A DNA stretch of 64,000 bases, taken from Macrostomum lignano. Lineage: Eukaryota. Numbering within the stretch: position 1 is the first letter of the stretch; every line of letters starts with the position of its first letter. The notes below the pieces were generated by a model. The model made no database searches, was not told the DNA's origin, and saw nothing but the letters and a program-made list of their open reading frames with translations. Where the stretch lies: positions 1 to 64,000 of the forward strand of contig NIVC01002418.1 of NCBI GenBank assembly GCA_002269645.1. Reading direction: 5' to 3'. This document shows positions 1-12,307 of this stretch, in pieces. Made by a program: the position numbers and the translations under genes.

Positions 1-449
1 CTGAGATCACCGCCTAGTGATGGTATGTGTAGCGTTGGAGTCCTGCGTACAGGCCAGATCGCGACGGCACCATACGGACTCGTGATAAGGTTGATTTGGG
101 CAGAATGTCACGTCGGGCAGCACAAACGGCTCGCTGTTGTACTTCGTCTCCACGGTGACAATGTACTGCAAATAGTTTATGGCCAGGAGTATGATGTGTG
201 CACCCCGAACGCAATCAGGGCGCAGCAGATAATGAGCATCCAGAGACGACGCACTGCTTTGTTCTCTACTCGCAGCTTATAGAAACCATGTGCCGTCGTG
301 TGCTGTAGAAAATTGTTGAGAAGAGGCTCCGGTTGTTGGCCTCCTATAACTGGGTATCTACCGACTCCTCCGCTTTGGGAAGATTCTCTTGAGAGCTCGA
401 CATTCTTCAAACATGAATTACTGTTTTGGCTCACTGGAGATTGAAACAA
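1..449 (-). CDS. DEG/ENaC (amiloride-sensitive channel family) gene, N-terminal part, runs off the left edge; frameshifted as sequenced (pseudogene or assembly indels)
   Basis: ORF 177..449 contains the pre-TM1 HG motif (FLQHTTAHG) and TM1 (LWMLIICCALIAFGVH). Removing 2 nt from the TG run at ~195-200 gives HIILLAINYLQYIVTVETKYNSEPFVLPDVTFC (post-M1 PxVTxC motif). Removing 1 nt near 27 gives NATIPSLGGDL, matching NSTVPSLGNY of the neighbouring paralog. Confidence 0.85.
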
Positions 450-1741
450 GTAAGAACTGTCGGGTATGCATGCTAACTGAGAGGCAGGTGGTTAAGCTTT
501 AAATTAGTTAAAGGAGCGAGACTTACCACCGATGACGCTAGTCTCCACTGGGTTTGATTGCCGTCTCCAATACAACTATCAAGGTCCAGGCGTGAAATTT
601 AAGTTTGCCCAATCTTCTTTAGTCAATTTCTCACGGGTGGGTCTGCATGTTTTTTCCTCTTTTGTCGGCCTCTTTTTTAAAGCTTTCTGATGAAGAACCG
701 AGGAAATTAACTTTGCCCGCACCTCAGTCTCGTCCCCGTTACTAAAAAAGCAATGCGTGGGTGAGTGGCTGATTGCCGAATAGGGAGCTGCGCTGGAAGA
801 TTGGCAGCAAGTTTTCTTGCATTTCGATTGGCCGCGAACTGCAGCGGAGTTGGCAACAGCCGGAAAATAAGTATTGGTCGTTTGTTGAAGGAGAAAATTT
901 TTGCTCCTTCCCGCAAACCTGAGCACCACAGCGCCTGACTTTTTGAGAAGAAAATTAGATTTCCCCCTTCTCACTCACGCGTGGATCGATAGCGCTGGTC
1001 TGTGTGGCCTTCCGTTTTCCATCTTCCTCAGGGTCAATGCAACAGCCGCTAGCTAAGAAAAACTAACACCCGAGAGCCTTGTAGTGAGCCTTCGTTAGAG
1101 AAGGAGAGGTTATTTCAGCTTTCTATTAATAATTCAGAGCTTGTAATGCCCTTCCTCGCAGTTACCAAGGCGACGGCAGTGCTACGAATCACAAAGTCTA
1201 ATATTCCAGGCGAAATTTTCTTCAGAATTTCTACCTCTCCTGAAGCCTCATCAACTTGATTAAGTCTCTCTTCCTAAACTCACGGATTGGACCACCCATG
1301 AATAACTGCCCCCTCCCCCACACTCAGCAGGCCGTCCCTTTGGTAAGCGAAACTTTTAAAGTGACCGTCACGGTTAGAGACTCCGGTTGTCAACGGCAAC
1401 CAGCAAAATCACCGGCACGGTAGATTGCCGCCCATCGTTTTTACTGCCTTGTCGGTGCTTTTGTGCCAGAAAGAACACAGAGAGAGCTTTAAAACCCGCA
1501 GGAAAAGAATTGGTCCCAAAGGACTGTCGTGATTTAAATTGTCCATTTCCACTACTCAATTGTCTTAATACGAGCATTTTGGTCTTAATGAGGTAAGACT
1601 TCATCTCTCTCTGAAATAACCGTAGCAATAGTTTTATTAGTAGCCAGAAAATACATTATAATTATAGCTTACACAATTTCATCGTATAATCTTATAATTA
1701 AACTGTCGATGTCTGTTTCTATTTGCTCGAATAGGCTAGAG

Positions 1742-3568
1742 ATGGACGAGATTAAAAAGGAAAATGCTGCTCAAAGTGGCATTACATGCGATGAACCCCA
1801 GGACTCCGACAAAATACCTTCGCAAGAAGACGGAAACGGCAGCGCTGGTATAGTATCCGAGTTCTTCGTGACTACAACGGCTCATGGTTTCCTGCATATT
1901 GTTCAAAACTCGATTTACCTCCGCATTGTCTGGGCTCTGCTTATTGTGATCGCGTTTGGAGGATTTGGCCTCCATCTGAGCACTTTGGTGGAAAAGTACT
2001 TGTCCTATCCGCTGACGACAGAGATCCGGTATTCGGAGGTTGAGTTCGAATTCCCTGACGTGACGGTCTGCCTTACAACAAAGTACAGGCACTGCCTCAA
2101 CATTGACGTCCGCGATCCAAGAATCGGTCTGGTGACTAATAGCACTGTGCCAAGTCTTGGAAATTACCACTTCTGGTCGGCACTAAACAATACCTTTACG
2201 TTTTGGAAGCAGGCTTACGGATTGAAGGATGACCTATTGATCAAATACAGCACTGTCGGTATGCGAGGCTACACGTACGAGATCAACATAACGAATCGGC
2301 GCACCGATACCACGGGAATCGAGTACAAGCAAAAAGCTTTAAATCTCGACAATGTCGGCCTACGACGACCCCGAGCTGTTCCGCTGCGCCACTGTGCGAC
2401 CTAAGGACCGAGCCATCAATTCTGTCAACGATGCCATGGGTCTCATACTCAGCATATTCGATCAGTACATTGGAAATAAGACCACTCCGCTGATAGACGA
2501 GCCTGGGTTGCCGGCGTGCGAGTCACGCTTAGCGAGCCGAACGCCCGGCCAAACTTGATCAACTCATTCATCGTGCCACCTGGCACCATCAAGCATACAA
2601 AGGTTTCCATGACCAGGCAGGAAAAGCGAAAGACGCCAAAGCAGGATTGTTACGAAAGCTCTAACGACCTGCCCATTCAGGTGTTGAATCCGGATGGCAC
2701 GCTATCCAGCTATCGCTATACCCAGTCTGACTGCAGAGAGCTCGAATTACAAAAATATGTAATGCGAAAGTGCGGCTGCGTGAGCAACTTTAAACTGGTC
2801 CCGGCCGAGTTCAAGTCGCTGTCTGGCAGCCTGAAATATTGCCTCGACTTGGACCCAACGATCCTCAAGGCTAAGAAGATTTTTCTGGCCAACAGTTCCT
2901 CTAACGGGTCTCAGACGCTTTTAGTTGAAAAGTTCGATTCATCAGTGGTGCCCATGGAATTGATCCTGGCGCAAACTGGTTTTCGGGCCCAGCATGAGTG
3001 CCACTTGAAGGCTCTTGGGGATTTTGTTGCTTCGGCGGAGACCTGTCCACCGAGCTGCGTAGCGTACACCTACCAGGCCTACTCGTCCGAGTCTCTGTGG
3101 CCGTTTCAGATCGATCAATACTTTGCCGAGCGAATTCTCAATCTGTTCCAGTCGGCCTACAACTACAGCCTGGAGAAGGGCCTGCCGGTGCCGCTGTTCA
3201 AATGCTTCGAGGCTGGCGCTACCATCACCTCGAAGGACTACTGGAAGATGATCGGCTATTCAACCGGGTGGTGATATCGTCAAATAGTCTGCGGGGCACG
3301 CAGTACCAGGAAAAGGAAAGCTACCCACTGGCTGGTCTGTTCTCCAATATGGGCGGCATTCTTGGTGAGTGGCAGACTAGACGCTACGCGTAACCGACGC
3401 GTATTGAAATTTTCAATCATAACTCCCTCAAATCTCACACTGACAGGACTCTACGTTGGCGTGAGCGTGATATCGGTGTGCGAATTTCTCGAATTTCTCA
3501 CCCTGCTGACCGTTCACTGGGTGAATCGAAAAAATCGATCTTCGAGTAGAAACGAGGCTGCGACTTAA
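1742..3568 (+). CDS. DEG/ENaC channel subunit, full length but split by three frameshifts (~2345, ~2508, ~3240), with one intron at 3365..3446
   Basis: Motifs in order: TTAHG, TM1, FPDVTVC, G(V)RV...P...VPPG, Cys-rich CRELE...CGC...C, CPPSC, then ...YPLAGLFSNMGGIL|GLYVGVSVISVCEF (TM2 with GxS filter). GT-AG intron gtgagt 3365 to acag 3446 restores TM2. The met at 1742 follows an AG acceptor; ORF track start 1709 is possible. Confidence 0.9.
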
Positions 3569-4593
3569 GCTGTCGAACGGTATTAATCCTGTCATATTAG
3601 ATATGCATGGGCTCACTTCTGCGCAACATATTCGAATATTTACAGTCGCCTCCGTATAGGCAATTGACAAAAGGTGGAAAACTTTGAATGCTCTAGACTT
3701 TAATATCTTACTGCAACCATGAAATATTCATATCGTGCTTATATCTGCTTATAAATAGATTACGTTTTTGCACAAATTAATTACTATAGAACATATTTTG
3801 TTAACTTTTTAGAAGTCCCCGGTAGTATCCAGCTTGCGATTCGTTGCCATGCAGAGCTATAATCTTTACCTTAAACCCTGTTGATACGCTCGTGCGAGTG
3901 TATTCTGCAGAATACGGATAATTCAGCTACGAGTAGATGATCTTTTCGCAAGCTTGACTACTACTTGCATATAGTAGTACGTCAGTGCTGGCTCGAACAT
4001 GCCTCTATTTTCTACTTCGAAGTATGAGCTATTTTGCACGAAAGTCTCTCAATAGTTGCTCGCACCAATCTTGATTACAATACTTTTGCTGTATTTTTTG
4101 ACGTAGTCTGTGTAAGTTTTACAAAGGCTACTTTATTGACTAAATAAAACTTCTAAGCATCGAAAGCCGATCTCTGTTTTTATCGATTCGGCAATCGACA
4201 AAAAGAAAAAGAGCTTCAAGTGTTTAGGCCTGCCATACATGATTAAACCACATAAGTACCGCTGTATGTGGTGAGCCACCAGAATTTTCCTGATAAAAGT
4301 GGACAGGTTCTGACTGGTACAGTCTGGATCGGTATTTTTAGCTGAGCCGTTTTTCTATAGATATTCAGCAAGTGGCTCTTAAAAATAGAAAGCAATTTAC
4401 ATGGCGACCTCGCATTTCGGCGCTTATCTGCTAAGCTTGATGCTTCACAGGCATTAAGTAACGCCTAAATACTTAAAGACACTCCTGCATTGACCTTGCC
4501 CGATGTTTCAAGCCGCATTTTCAACTAGCTTGTTGGCGGAATATTTCTAATTCTGCTTCTTTCTTACACAGATCGTGCGGCGTCCAACTTGTT

Positions 4594-5863
4594 ATGAATA
4601 AAGCGGAGGCTTTCTCACCCGAAGGCCATCAGAAGGCGATCGTCAACAGTCCATCTAAATCTTGGGTTTTCTGTCGAGTTATTTGCGTGGCCATAAGTTT
4701 CGTCCTGTTGCTATCCAGTTACTATGGCATCAAGTTCATGCAGAGCTCCATCAACGCCCAGCAAGGCCTCGGCACGGCCAGCTTAGCCGTGGTGTACGCG
4801 TCCGTCCTGTTCTCATCCTTGGTCCTGGCCAATCCGCTGGTTGAGACAATCGGCCCAAAGCACTGCCTGTCCTTTGCTATGCTGGGCTACATGAGCTACA
4901 TCGCCTTCAACGCTTATCCGTCATTCTACACACTGATTCCGGCTAGCATGATTGTTGGCCTGTGCTCTGCTCCGCTGTGGGCGAGCATGGCCAGGTATAA
5001 CATGCAGCTAGCAAGCCTGTACTCAGCAGCAGCTGGCGGTGGCAAATCCTTGGCGGCATCCTCTGCGCTGGTGTTTGGACTGTTCTATGCGATATCTAAC
5101 ACGTGTGAGACGCTTTCAATCCAATACTGTACCGTTTCATCAGCTTTGGGACTGAGATTCAAATATGATTGTGCGACGACTGGGAAGATGGTAAAGATCT
5201 TGGAGAAAGGGCGACGATCATAGAGAGGACAGTGACAGAGAAAGGGCGACGATTTTCGAAGAGGGCGACGATTGGGGAGAGATTGACGATCTTGGGAAAG
5301 AGAAACGACCTTGGGAAAGAGCGATGATCTTGGAAGAGGGTGACGATCTTGGGAAAGAGAGACGATCTTGGAAGAGGGTGGCGATCTTGGGAGAGGGTGA
5401 CGATCTTGGGAAAGAGAGACGATCTTGGGAAAGAGCGGCGACCTTGGGAGAGGGCAGTGACTGGAAAGAAGGCGATGGTTCCTTGACGGTACAGTTCAAG
5501 AAACCTGATTTTCAGCCTACGTCTGGGCAACTTAATCAGCTACTTGACTCTCCGAACTGAAAATCGACCAGTAAACGCATCGAGCGGATCAAATTCAAGT
5601 GCCGAACTCCGGTGCGGCAGCAGTTTCTGTCCGAGCGACTTGGAATCGGGATCTCGTATTGTCAGGCCGACTGAAGAAAGGGTAAATAGTCCGTGATTGC
5701 AGTTCCCTACATTCCTACGAGCGTAGATTTCCAATGCATTCCGTTGACTCATTCATTGCACAACCCATACCAGCTGCACATCATGGTCGGCTGTTTCCTC
5801 GCCAGCTCGGCAGCGGCTGCTCTAATCGTCACCTTCCTGGTCCCGTCTCTGGACAACATCGCC

Positions 5864-5909
<46 letters not shown>

Positions 5910-8747
5910 CCGGTACCTCGTCGCCAACCTTGCCCGCCTCGTCTGTGCGAGACAAGCTCAGTCGAACAGCCCGGCAGCTGGTCCGGCCTCATCAACTGCT
6001 GATGACGCCGCAGCTGATCAACGTCGGCCTCTCGCAGTCATTCGCGCAGGGAGAATTCACTCAGGCAAGTTGAGATGCTCAGTTTTACATAATATACATG
6101 ATGCGGCTGGAATGCTGCCCAGCTTCAGGCCATAGCTTCAGAGCCCAAAATTTTGCAAAACGTGGCACAGAAAAATCTATATGACATAAATTTAGAAGCG
6201 TCACTAGTCCAGCGTCAGCTAGTTGAAATTGGTGTTAAGGAAAGGGTCATCGAAATAGTTCAGAGCTCCGCTTGATGCAGTTAAATAGACGCCATTAAGG
6301 CATGAGAAATCTACAGTGTCTACAGTGAGTTAGTTTAACAAATTAGCCGTAAACCACAATCTGCAGGCCTTCGTAGCCTGCAGCCAAGGTGTAGCGTTTG
6401 TCGGCTTTGTGATGATGTGCTACGGCGGCAGTCAGATTTTATCATCTCTGCTGTTTGGCAAACTGGCCGAGCTGACTAACAAGCAGGCCTGCGTGTACAC
6501 CGGTGAGAGGCATTGGGGACTGTACTGCTGTTGTCGTGTATAATGAGTACAGGATTGTGGTGTAGTTGGATTAGGGGCGAAGCCTGGGGGCGCGTGTCTG
6601 GGGGCGCCAAAGTGGGGCGACAGTGAGAGGCGCCATGTACCATAGACACCAACTCGGGGTGCCATCTAGGGGCGCCGCCTTGGGGCAACCATATTGGGTG
6701 CGCCGTCGGGCGGCATCTTAGAAGGGGCGCCAGCATCAAGGGGCGCCAGCATCAAGGGGCGCCAGCACCAAGGGGCGCCAGCACCAAGGGGCGCCAGAAC
6801 CAAGGGGCGCCAGCACCAAGGGGCGCCAGAACCAAGGGGCGCCAGCACCAAAGGGCGCCAGCACCAAGGGGCGCCAGCACCAAGGGGCGCCAGCACCAAG
6901 GGGCGCCAGCACCAAGGGGCGCCAGCACCAAGGGGCGCCAGCACCAAGGGGCGCCAGCACCAAGGGGCGCCAGCACCAAGGGGCGCCAGCACCAAGGGGC
7001 GCCAGCACCAAGGGGCGCCAGCACCAAGGGGCGCCAGCACCAAGGGGCGCCAGCACCAAGGGCGCCAGCACCAAGGGGCGCCAGCACCAAGGGCGCCAGC
7101 ACCAAGGGGCGCCAGCACCAAGGGGCGCCAGCACCAAGGGGCGCCAGCACCAAGGGGCGCCAGCACCAAGGGGCGCCAGCACCAAGGGGCGCCAGCACCA
7201 AGGGGCGCCAGCACCAAGGGGCGCCAGCACCAAGGGGCGCCAGCACCAAGGGGCGCCAGCACCAAGGGGCGCCAGCACCAAGGGGCGCCAGCACACTTCA
7301 TTTGCCAAAGCAAGCAGTATAACATAAGGTTTGGCTCAACCCTCCATTAATAGCGTACAAAATTTGCACTTGCTGTAGTGACCTCACTAAACCGTCTGAA
7401 ATGCACAGTTTGAGCAGATAGTGAGAGTGCAATGCTAAAAATACACGCAGTGGGCTGAATATCGTGGAATCTTTGCTCGGAAAATATTATAGCTAAAATT
7501 AAATATGGCTGCAGCGTCAGCCATAATGTCCCAATGTCTGCCTGCCCTTGGGCCACACCCTTCTAGAAGGTTTGTAGACAGCAAAAGAGCAGCAGAACCT
7601 GGCTGTCTAGTTGAAACAATTTCTTATCCTGAAGCTGAATAGATAACTTGAATCCTCAAATCCCTATGAAGCAACAACTGCTCAGATTGCGCTAGACCTA
7701 TTCCTGCTGTTCTGGACTATCGATGAGTCATCCGTTGGGCCGCTGTTTTTGACCTCTATTGTCAGCGGAATGATCGATGCTGTTTGGAATTCTCAACTGC
7801 TGGGTGAGTAAAGGCACTTAGGGACCGATCGACATGTACATGTAGGTCAGGGCTCGGCGAACTCCGGCCCGCGAAGCCTCTCTATCCGGCCCTCGGCCCT
7901 TTGGAACTTGAAACTTTGAAAATAGCAATCCGGCCCGCTCAAGGTTGGTGTCTCTTCTCAGCTGTCTTCTCTCTCCTTTCTTCTCTCTTTTCTCTCCTCT
8001 AGCTCGTACTCTCCTCTCTCCTCTCCTTTCATCTCGTCTCAGATCAATGATAAAGATTCTTTATCTGGCCCTTAAAGTAAAAAGTTTGCCAACCTCTGGT
8101 GTAGATGCCTGTTGTCGGCTTTGACCTACAATTCAGCAGAATGCAGGATTAATGCAGTTGATTCAGTTGATTCTAATGCAGTATCTCTCTAGCGATATGT
8201 CCCTAGATGTACTAGATATCTGTCAGCTGAGATATCAAGGCTGACAGATCGGAAGCTAAATGTAGTTTATTCAATTTTTTATTGTATTCTTTGAACAATT
8301 TTACTCGAATAAGCTGATTTATTAACCTGAAATAGGAATGCTTTTAAGAAGATGTGCTTTCATTCGAAAAGATTCTCATAAATAATTTTCGTCTCAAATT
8401 GCTTGTTGGGCGCGCCCCGAACGGGAGCACTACAAGCGTAGATTGCTAGTCCAGTTCTAGAAATCAAGTAAGCATCTATCAATGTTAACAAACTTGTTTG
8501 CCTTTACAATTTTATCGCTGCAGCTCTGCAAGGCGAGCTGTTTCCGGAGGATCAAGTGGCCGCCTTCGCGTCCTACAAAGTGTGGGAATCCCTCGGCTAC
8601 ATTGTTGGATTTTCCTACAGCACGGCCGTGTGCACCAGGCACAAGCTGCTGGTGATGCTGGGCCTGCTAGCCCTCAGCACCGCCTGCTTTACAGTGCACA
8701 ATCTTACAAGAAGAAAACAAACAAAATTGCGACTTGAACCCAAGTGA
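4594..8747 (+). CDS. UNC93A: UNC-93-like MFS membrane protein (UNC93A-like); exons ~4594-5104, 5516-5681, 5774-6064, 6367-6502, 7672-7803, 8524-8747; one missing G at ~5527
   Basis: Recognisable UNC-93 motifs: MQSSINAQQGLGTASL, NAYPSFYTLIP, APLWA, YVW(G)NLIS, CGSSFC, GEFTQ|AFVAC..G..FVGFVM, DAVWNSQ, LQGELF...AAFASYKVWESLG. Splice phases are consistent apart from the single G deletion in tgggcaac. Confidence 0.9.
5180..5470 (+). repeat. Degenerate ~19-20 bp tandem repeat in UNC93A intron 1
   Basis: Repeated gacgatcttgggaaagaga / ggcgacgatcttgg units. Confidence 0.85.
6720..7293 (+). repeat. 16-bp GC-rich minisatellite (ggggcgccagcaccaa)n in a UNC93A intron
   Basis: About 35 near-identical units, with degenerate ggcgcc-containing units immediately upstream. 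Confidence 0.97.
7848..8098. mobile_element. hAT (Charlie-like) MITE in a UNC93A intron
   Basis: Imperfect TIRs cagggctcggcgaac / rc cagaggttggcaaac. Flanks atgtaggt and gtgtagat match at 6 of 8 positions (decayed 8-bp TSD). Confidence 0.6.
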
Positions 8748-10134
8748 TGTTTTATTGGCAATTCAAATTGCAATATTCTACATGAAGATGTATTTCATAA
8801 AACTATAATAAACGGTAAACCTTAATTGGTTGGATTTGATGGGTTTCGGCCTTTTCGGCCCCTTTCGGGAAGCCTTCGGGCCTCAGGTCTCAGAAATAAA
8901 TCAATTAGAGTCCTGGCCCCCACTCCTGTCAGATGGTCAGCCCCATGGTAGCTTGATCTTGTGGCGAGCAGTCTAGGTCCTATAGCTAAGAGAGGGACAG
9001 CAAGAGACGAGCAGGGAGAATTTTGAAGGTAGAGATCAGCTAACCCGCAGGTTAGCTAACCCGCTGCCACCAGCCCGTGCGTCCTGGCTCACCAAACCGG
9101 AACTTTCGAAATCGGGCTTCTGAATAGAGGGGGCTTTGCACTTACCTGCCAACTAGTGTCTTTTTGCTGTCAATCTCGAAGTCATAGCCGATGTTAAGGG
9201 ACACTGCTGGGACTTGATCGCATTGGCCATGCAGGTACAGAGGGAACTTGTGCAGGGGATTCTTGCAGTGGCGAGACTATGGGGTAGTTACATGTACTAT
9301 TACATTGCTAAATACGAGGAATTGTACTTTTGGCCTTCAACGCGCCAACTAGCCTCTCATAGCGCTGATGATAGGCTAACTCGAACATCAGAGACCGCAT
9401 GATTCGTTACCCGAGCCGCTTGGCTAACCTAGAGTGCACAGAGTACATTTCTAGCGCCGATTTTGCACTATTGGCAATTTTGCTCACTGATTTGATAGAT
9501 TGATCGACTGAGAACCGCCTTGCCATTGGTCCACTGTAACCGGCGCCTACTAGCTTAGCTACTCATCTGAGCCATCGGCGAACAAGGAAATAAAACCGAT
9601 AAAAATAACTGTCAGATTTAAACTTCTCCTTAAATCACTTCACACTTCAGATTGAATTGGAGTTTCGGACTACTAGCAGTATTATTGAATGATTTCTGCC
9701 TCAATAACAGCACTGCTGAATAAAATGAGCAAAAGTGTGCGCCTAATCCAGCTACTGAAACAGGGGACAGGTAAGGAATCACTCAATCAAGCAAGTCTAG
9801 GTAGCCTCTCACCCAACCAATCAGAAACTCAACAGCCGGAGACCAGGTAATCCACAGTGACCGAATCGGCTTGATGCTTTGCAGCTGTAGACCCGGGATG
9901 ATGCTGATGTCACAATCTTCGCAGATAGCTAGCAGGTGATGATCTTAATCTTGATGTTCGCTGCTGACGACCGGGGGATTCGTCCTTGATGATGATGGGG
10001 GAAATCGCGATTCGGGGATCAAGAGATGACGGTCGAGCTCCGGGAGGTCTAAGTTAGGCCAAAGTCCCAGGAGGCGGAGCAGGAGGTTCCAGAGAGCGGC
10101 ACGAGGTTGGGTCCGAGCGGGCCAAAAACTCCGG

Positions 10135-10237
10135 TTTTAAATAGCCGCCAACTGGACCTCAATTTGTTATAATGGAATACCTCGATTCTGATTGGCTGAG
10201 CCGATTTGTTATAACGCACGTCGAATTTTCTAATTGG
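10135..10237 (-). promoter_or_regulatory. Putative LTR Pol II promoter: two CCAAT boxes plus TATTTAAA, pointing leftward
   Basis: ATTGG at 10191-10195 and 10233-10237, ttttaaata at 10135-10143. The same arrangement is conserved in copy 2 at ~14422-14525. Confidence 0.5.
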
Positions 10238-10568
10238 CTGAGCTTGTTGCCACCCAAACTCACGACCAGAAGATCCTATCAGTTCTCTCGGGGCCATAAA
10301 AATACGACAGGTGCGGTCATAAATCACTCAAAATCTCTACCTAATGATTTATGACCTTTCGCGTAGAAATGACAAAAATGAATGAAAAAATATACATTAG
10401 AAAGCTCTTATTAAGTAGAAAGTGAAGATACTGAAGAGAAATCGCTAATCGCTAATCCCAACGTACTTTTAGGGGTAAAACGCATAGCTGTCAAAGCTGT
10501 CACACGCTTGAGTGAACACGAACAATAGGCCCTGACCTCATAAATCTTGATGGCCTGTCAAAATGATG

Positions 10569-10791
10569 TATCTCATTGCAACAGAATTGCAACTACAAAT
10601 TGCTACATGTAGCTTTTCTTAAGTACCAAAATTACAATTTTGTGCGATTTAAGAGTTGTAAAAATTACAATTTATTGAGCAGAAATTGGCACAATTGCAA
10701 TTTATTGCCTTCCAATTAATTACAATATATGCATAATTATTACGTAATTTTTCATCCAATTTTTCGTAATTTTGACAATTTTTGTGTAGTG
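10569..10791. mobile_element. One-ended CACTA-type terminal fragment inside LTR copy 1
   Basis: Ends in ...ttttgtgtagtg (rc CACTACAC), with aattgcaat/aattacaat subterminal repeats like those of the element at 20485..26980. It replaces a ~100-bp segment present in LTR copy 2. Confidence 0.6.
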
Positions 10792-11261
10792 ATGACCCAA
10801 AAGCAGCAAAAACCGCACCTATGTTATTATAACTAAGTATGGCAGATTAATATAGCTACAGAAGTCCTACTAGTATGAATTCTTGAAAAATTACAAAAGA
10901 GGGAAAAAACTCCCCATAGCCTGCTCTTAGTAGGCTAGCAAGTTTGGAACCCATGTGCGAGTGTGAAATTTGGAAAAAAGTGCGTCCTCATCAGATTGGT
11001 AATCCTTAATTGGTTCCGACAGCTGCGAAGCTGCTCAAATATATGCTGATATCGAAGACGCAACCCCCGTTGCTGGATCAGTACCCGTGACCTTTAGTAG
11101 ATCACGCAGCACCCATCGTAACGCAGATTCTAGCTCTCCTTCAACTTTTGCTGTTGTAGCAAGTATCGGACTCGTGGGCATCACACAGAGGATTATAGGT
11201 CCAGTACCGTAACGCCTTTCTTAATGAATAAGACTTACTGGGGAAGAGAAAATATTATATT

Positions 11262-11446
11262 CCGGCGCAGATCCAGGAGTGGGCAAAAGGGGCCATTTAT
11301 ACCCCCCCTCTCACAGCCGGCCAAAAAAATCGCGGCATACTTTTTGGCCTGTAACCATGCAAAGTCTATTTTCTAATTTTGGGTTGTAGTTTCTTGGTAT
11401 AGCTTGCTCGCCTCTCAAAATTTTTTTGGATTCGCATCTGCCCCTG
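11262..11446. mobile_element. hAT-like MITE (185 bp)
   Basis: TIR ccggcgcagat / rc caggggcagat. 8-bp direct repeat attatatt on both sides (11254-11261, 11447-11454). Confidence 0.7.
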
Positions 11447-12307
11447 ATTATATTCCTTTTTCCAACCGATTCTGTTCTGAAGTCAATATCGATAAAAAGC
11501 CGGAATTAGAAAGTGACAGTATAATAAAATATGAACACTAACATCCTTTACACTTATACGCCTTTAATGTTAAACAAGTTTTTCGTAAAATTCAGAAACG
11601 TAAACTTTATAAAAAATAGTAATACTTAAACTACCATACCTATAGCTGTTAGAACTTTCTAGAAAAAATGCAAGTTTAATTTGCTGATTTAACGAGAATT
11701 CGTCGAATTACGCGTCGAAAAAGATTTGTCAAGTGATAACAAAATTATTATTCGATCATTAGACATTACTACTGATATGATCAGATCATGACGGCCGTGT
11801 TTCTCTCATATCATTTATGATAGAGAAATCTATTAACAGTCTAGTGTGTTTTCATTTTTGTAGGTTCATTTACTGTCAGCTGCAAAATGACAACCTGAAC
11901 CTGGACCTGGCACCTGGGATTGATGAAAAATGTAATCAACAAGAGTCAGTTGGATGGAGCTCACTGCTCATGCTTTTTGTGACTGTAAAATCTATATTTT
12001 TCTTTCAATTCAATAAAGAGAAAGTGTCTCCCATAGTTTTATATTGAATTACCCAAGTAGAATACCTTGCTTGATAGAATTGGAAAGCTTGTCTTATTTT
12101 CTATTTTCTAGGCCATTGAACACAACTTAATTTTCTCATGCAATTTGTAATGTAAATGTTATGAGTTTAAAAGAATTTACATAAATGTGGAAAATGAATC
12201 CAATATGGCTCAAATCAAGAACCTAATTGGATGTCTTGCACCTTATAGCCTATATTTGAGTCAATTATGACTAGGCCTAGGCCCTATTGCAATTAGCAAA
12301 TTTTTAT

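Larger units (their letters stand above)
8837..10993 (-). mobile_element. Solo-LTR-like element, copy 1 (2157 bp)
   Basis: Termini TGATG...CATCA with 4-bp TSD GATT (8833-8836 and 10994-10997). Colinear and highly similar to 13154..15133. No gag/pol ORF. Confidence 0.85.

Noticed and set aside
1-5530. Programmed ribosomal frameshifting or RNA editing as the explanation for the broken frames
   Set aside because: The indels differ in size and direction and have no shared slippery motif or downstream structure. Sequencing error or decay is simpler.
6666-7350. Overlapping 180-219 aa ORFs (GAPWCWRPLVLAPL / GRQHQGAPAP)
   Set aside because: Translations of a 16-bp minisatellite inside a UNC93A intron.
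8405-8426. Resemblance to a tRNA-Lys primer-binding site (tgggcgcgccccgaacggga)
   Set aside because: Imperfect match, intronic, and not adjacent to an LTR end.
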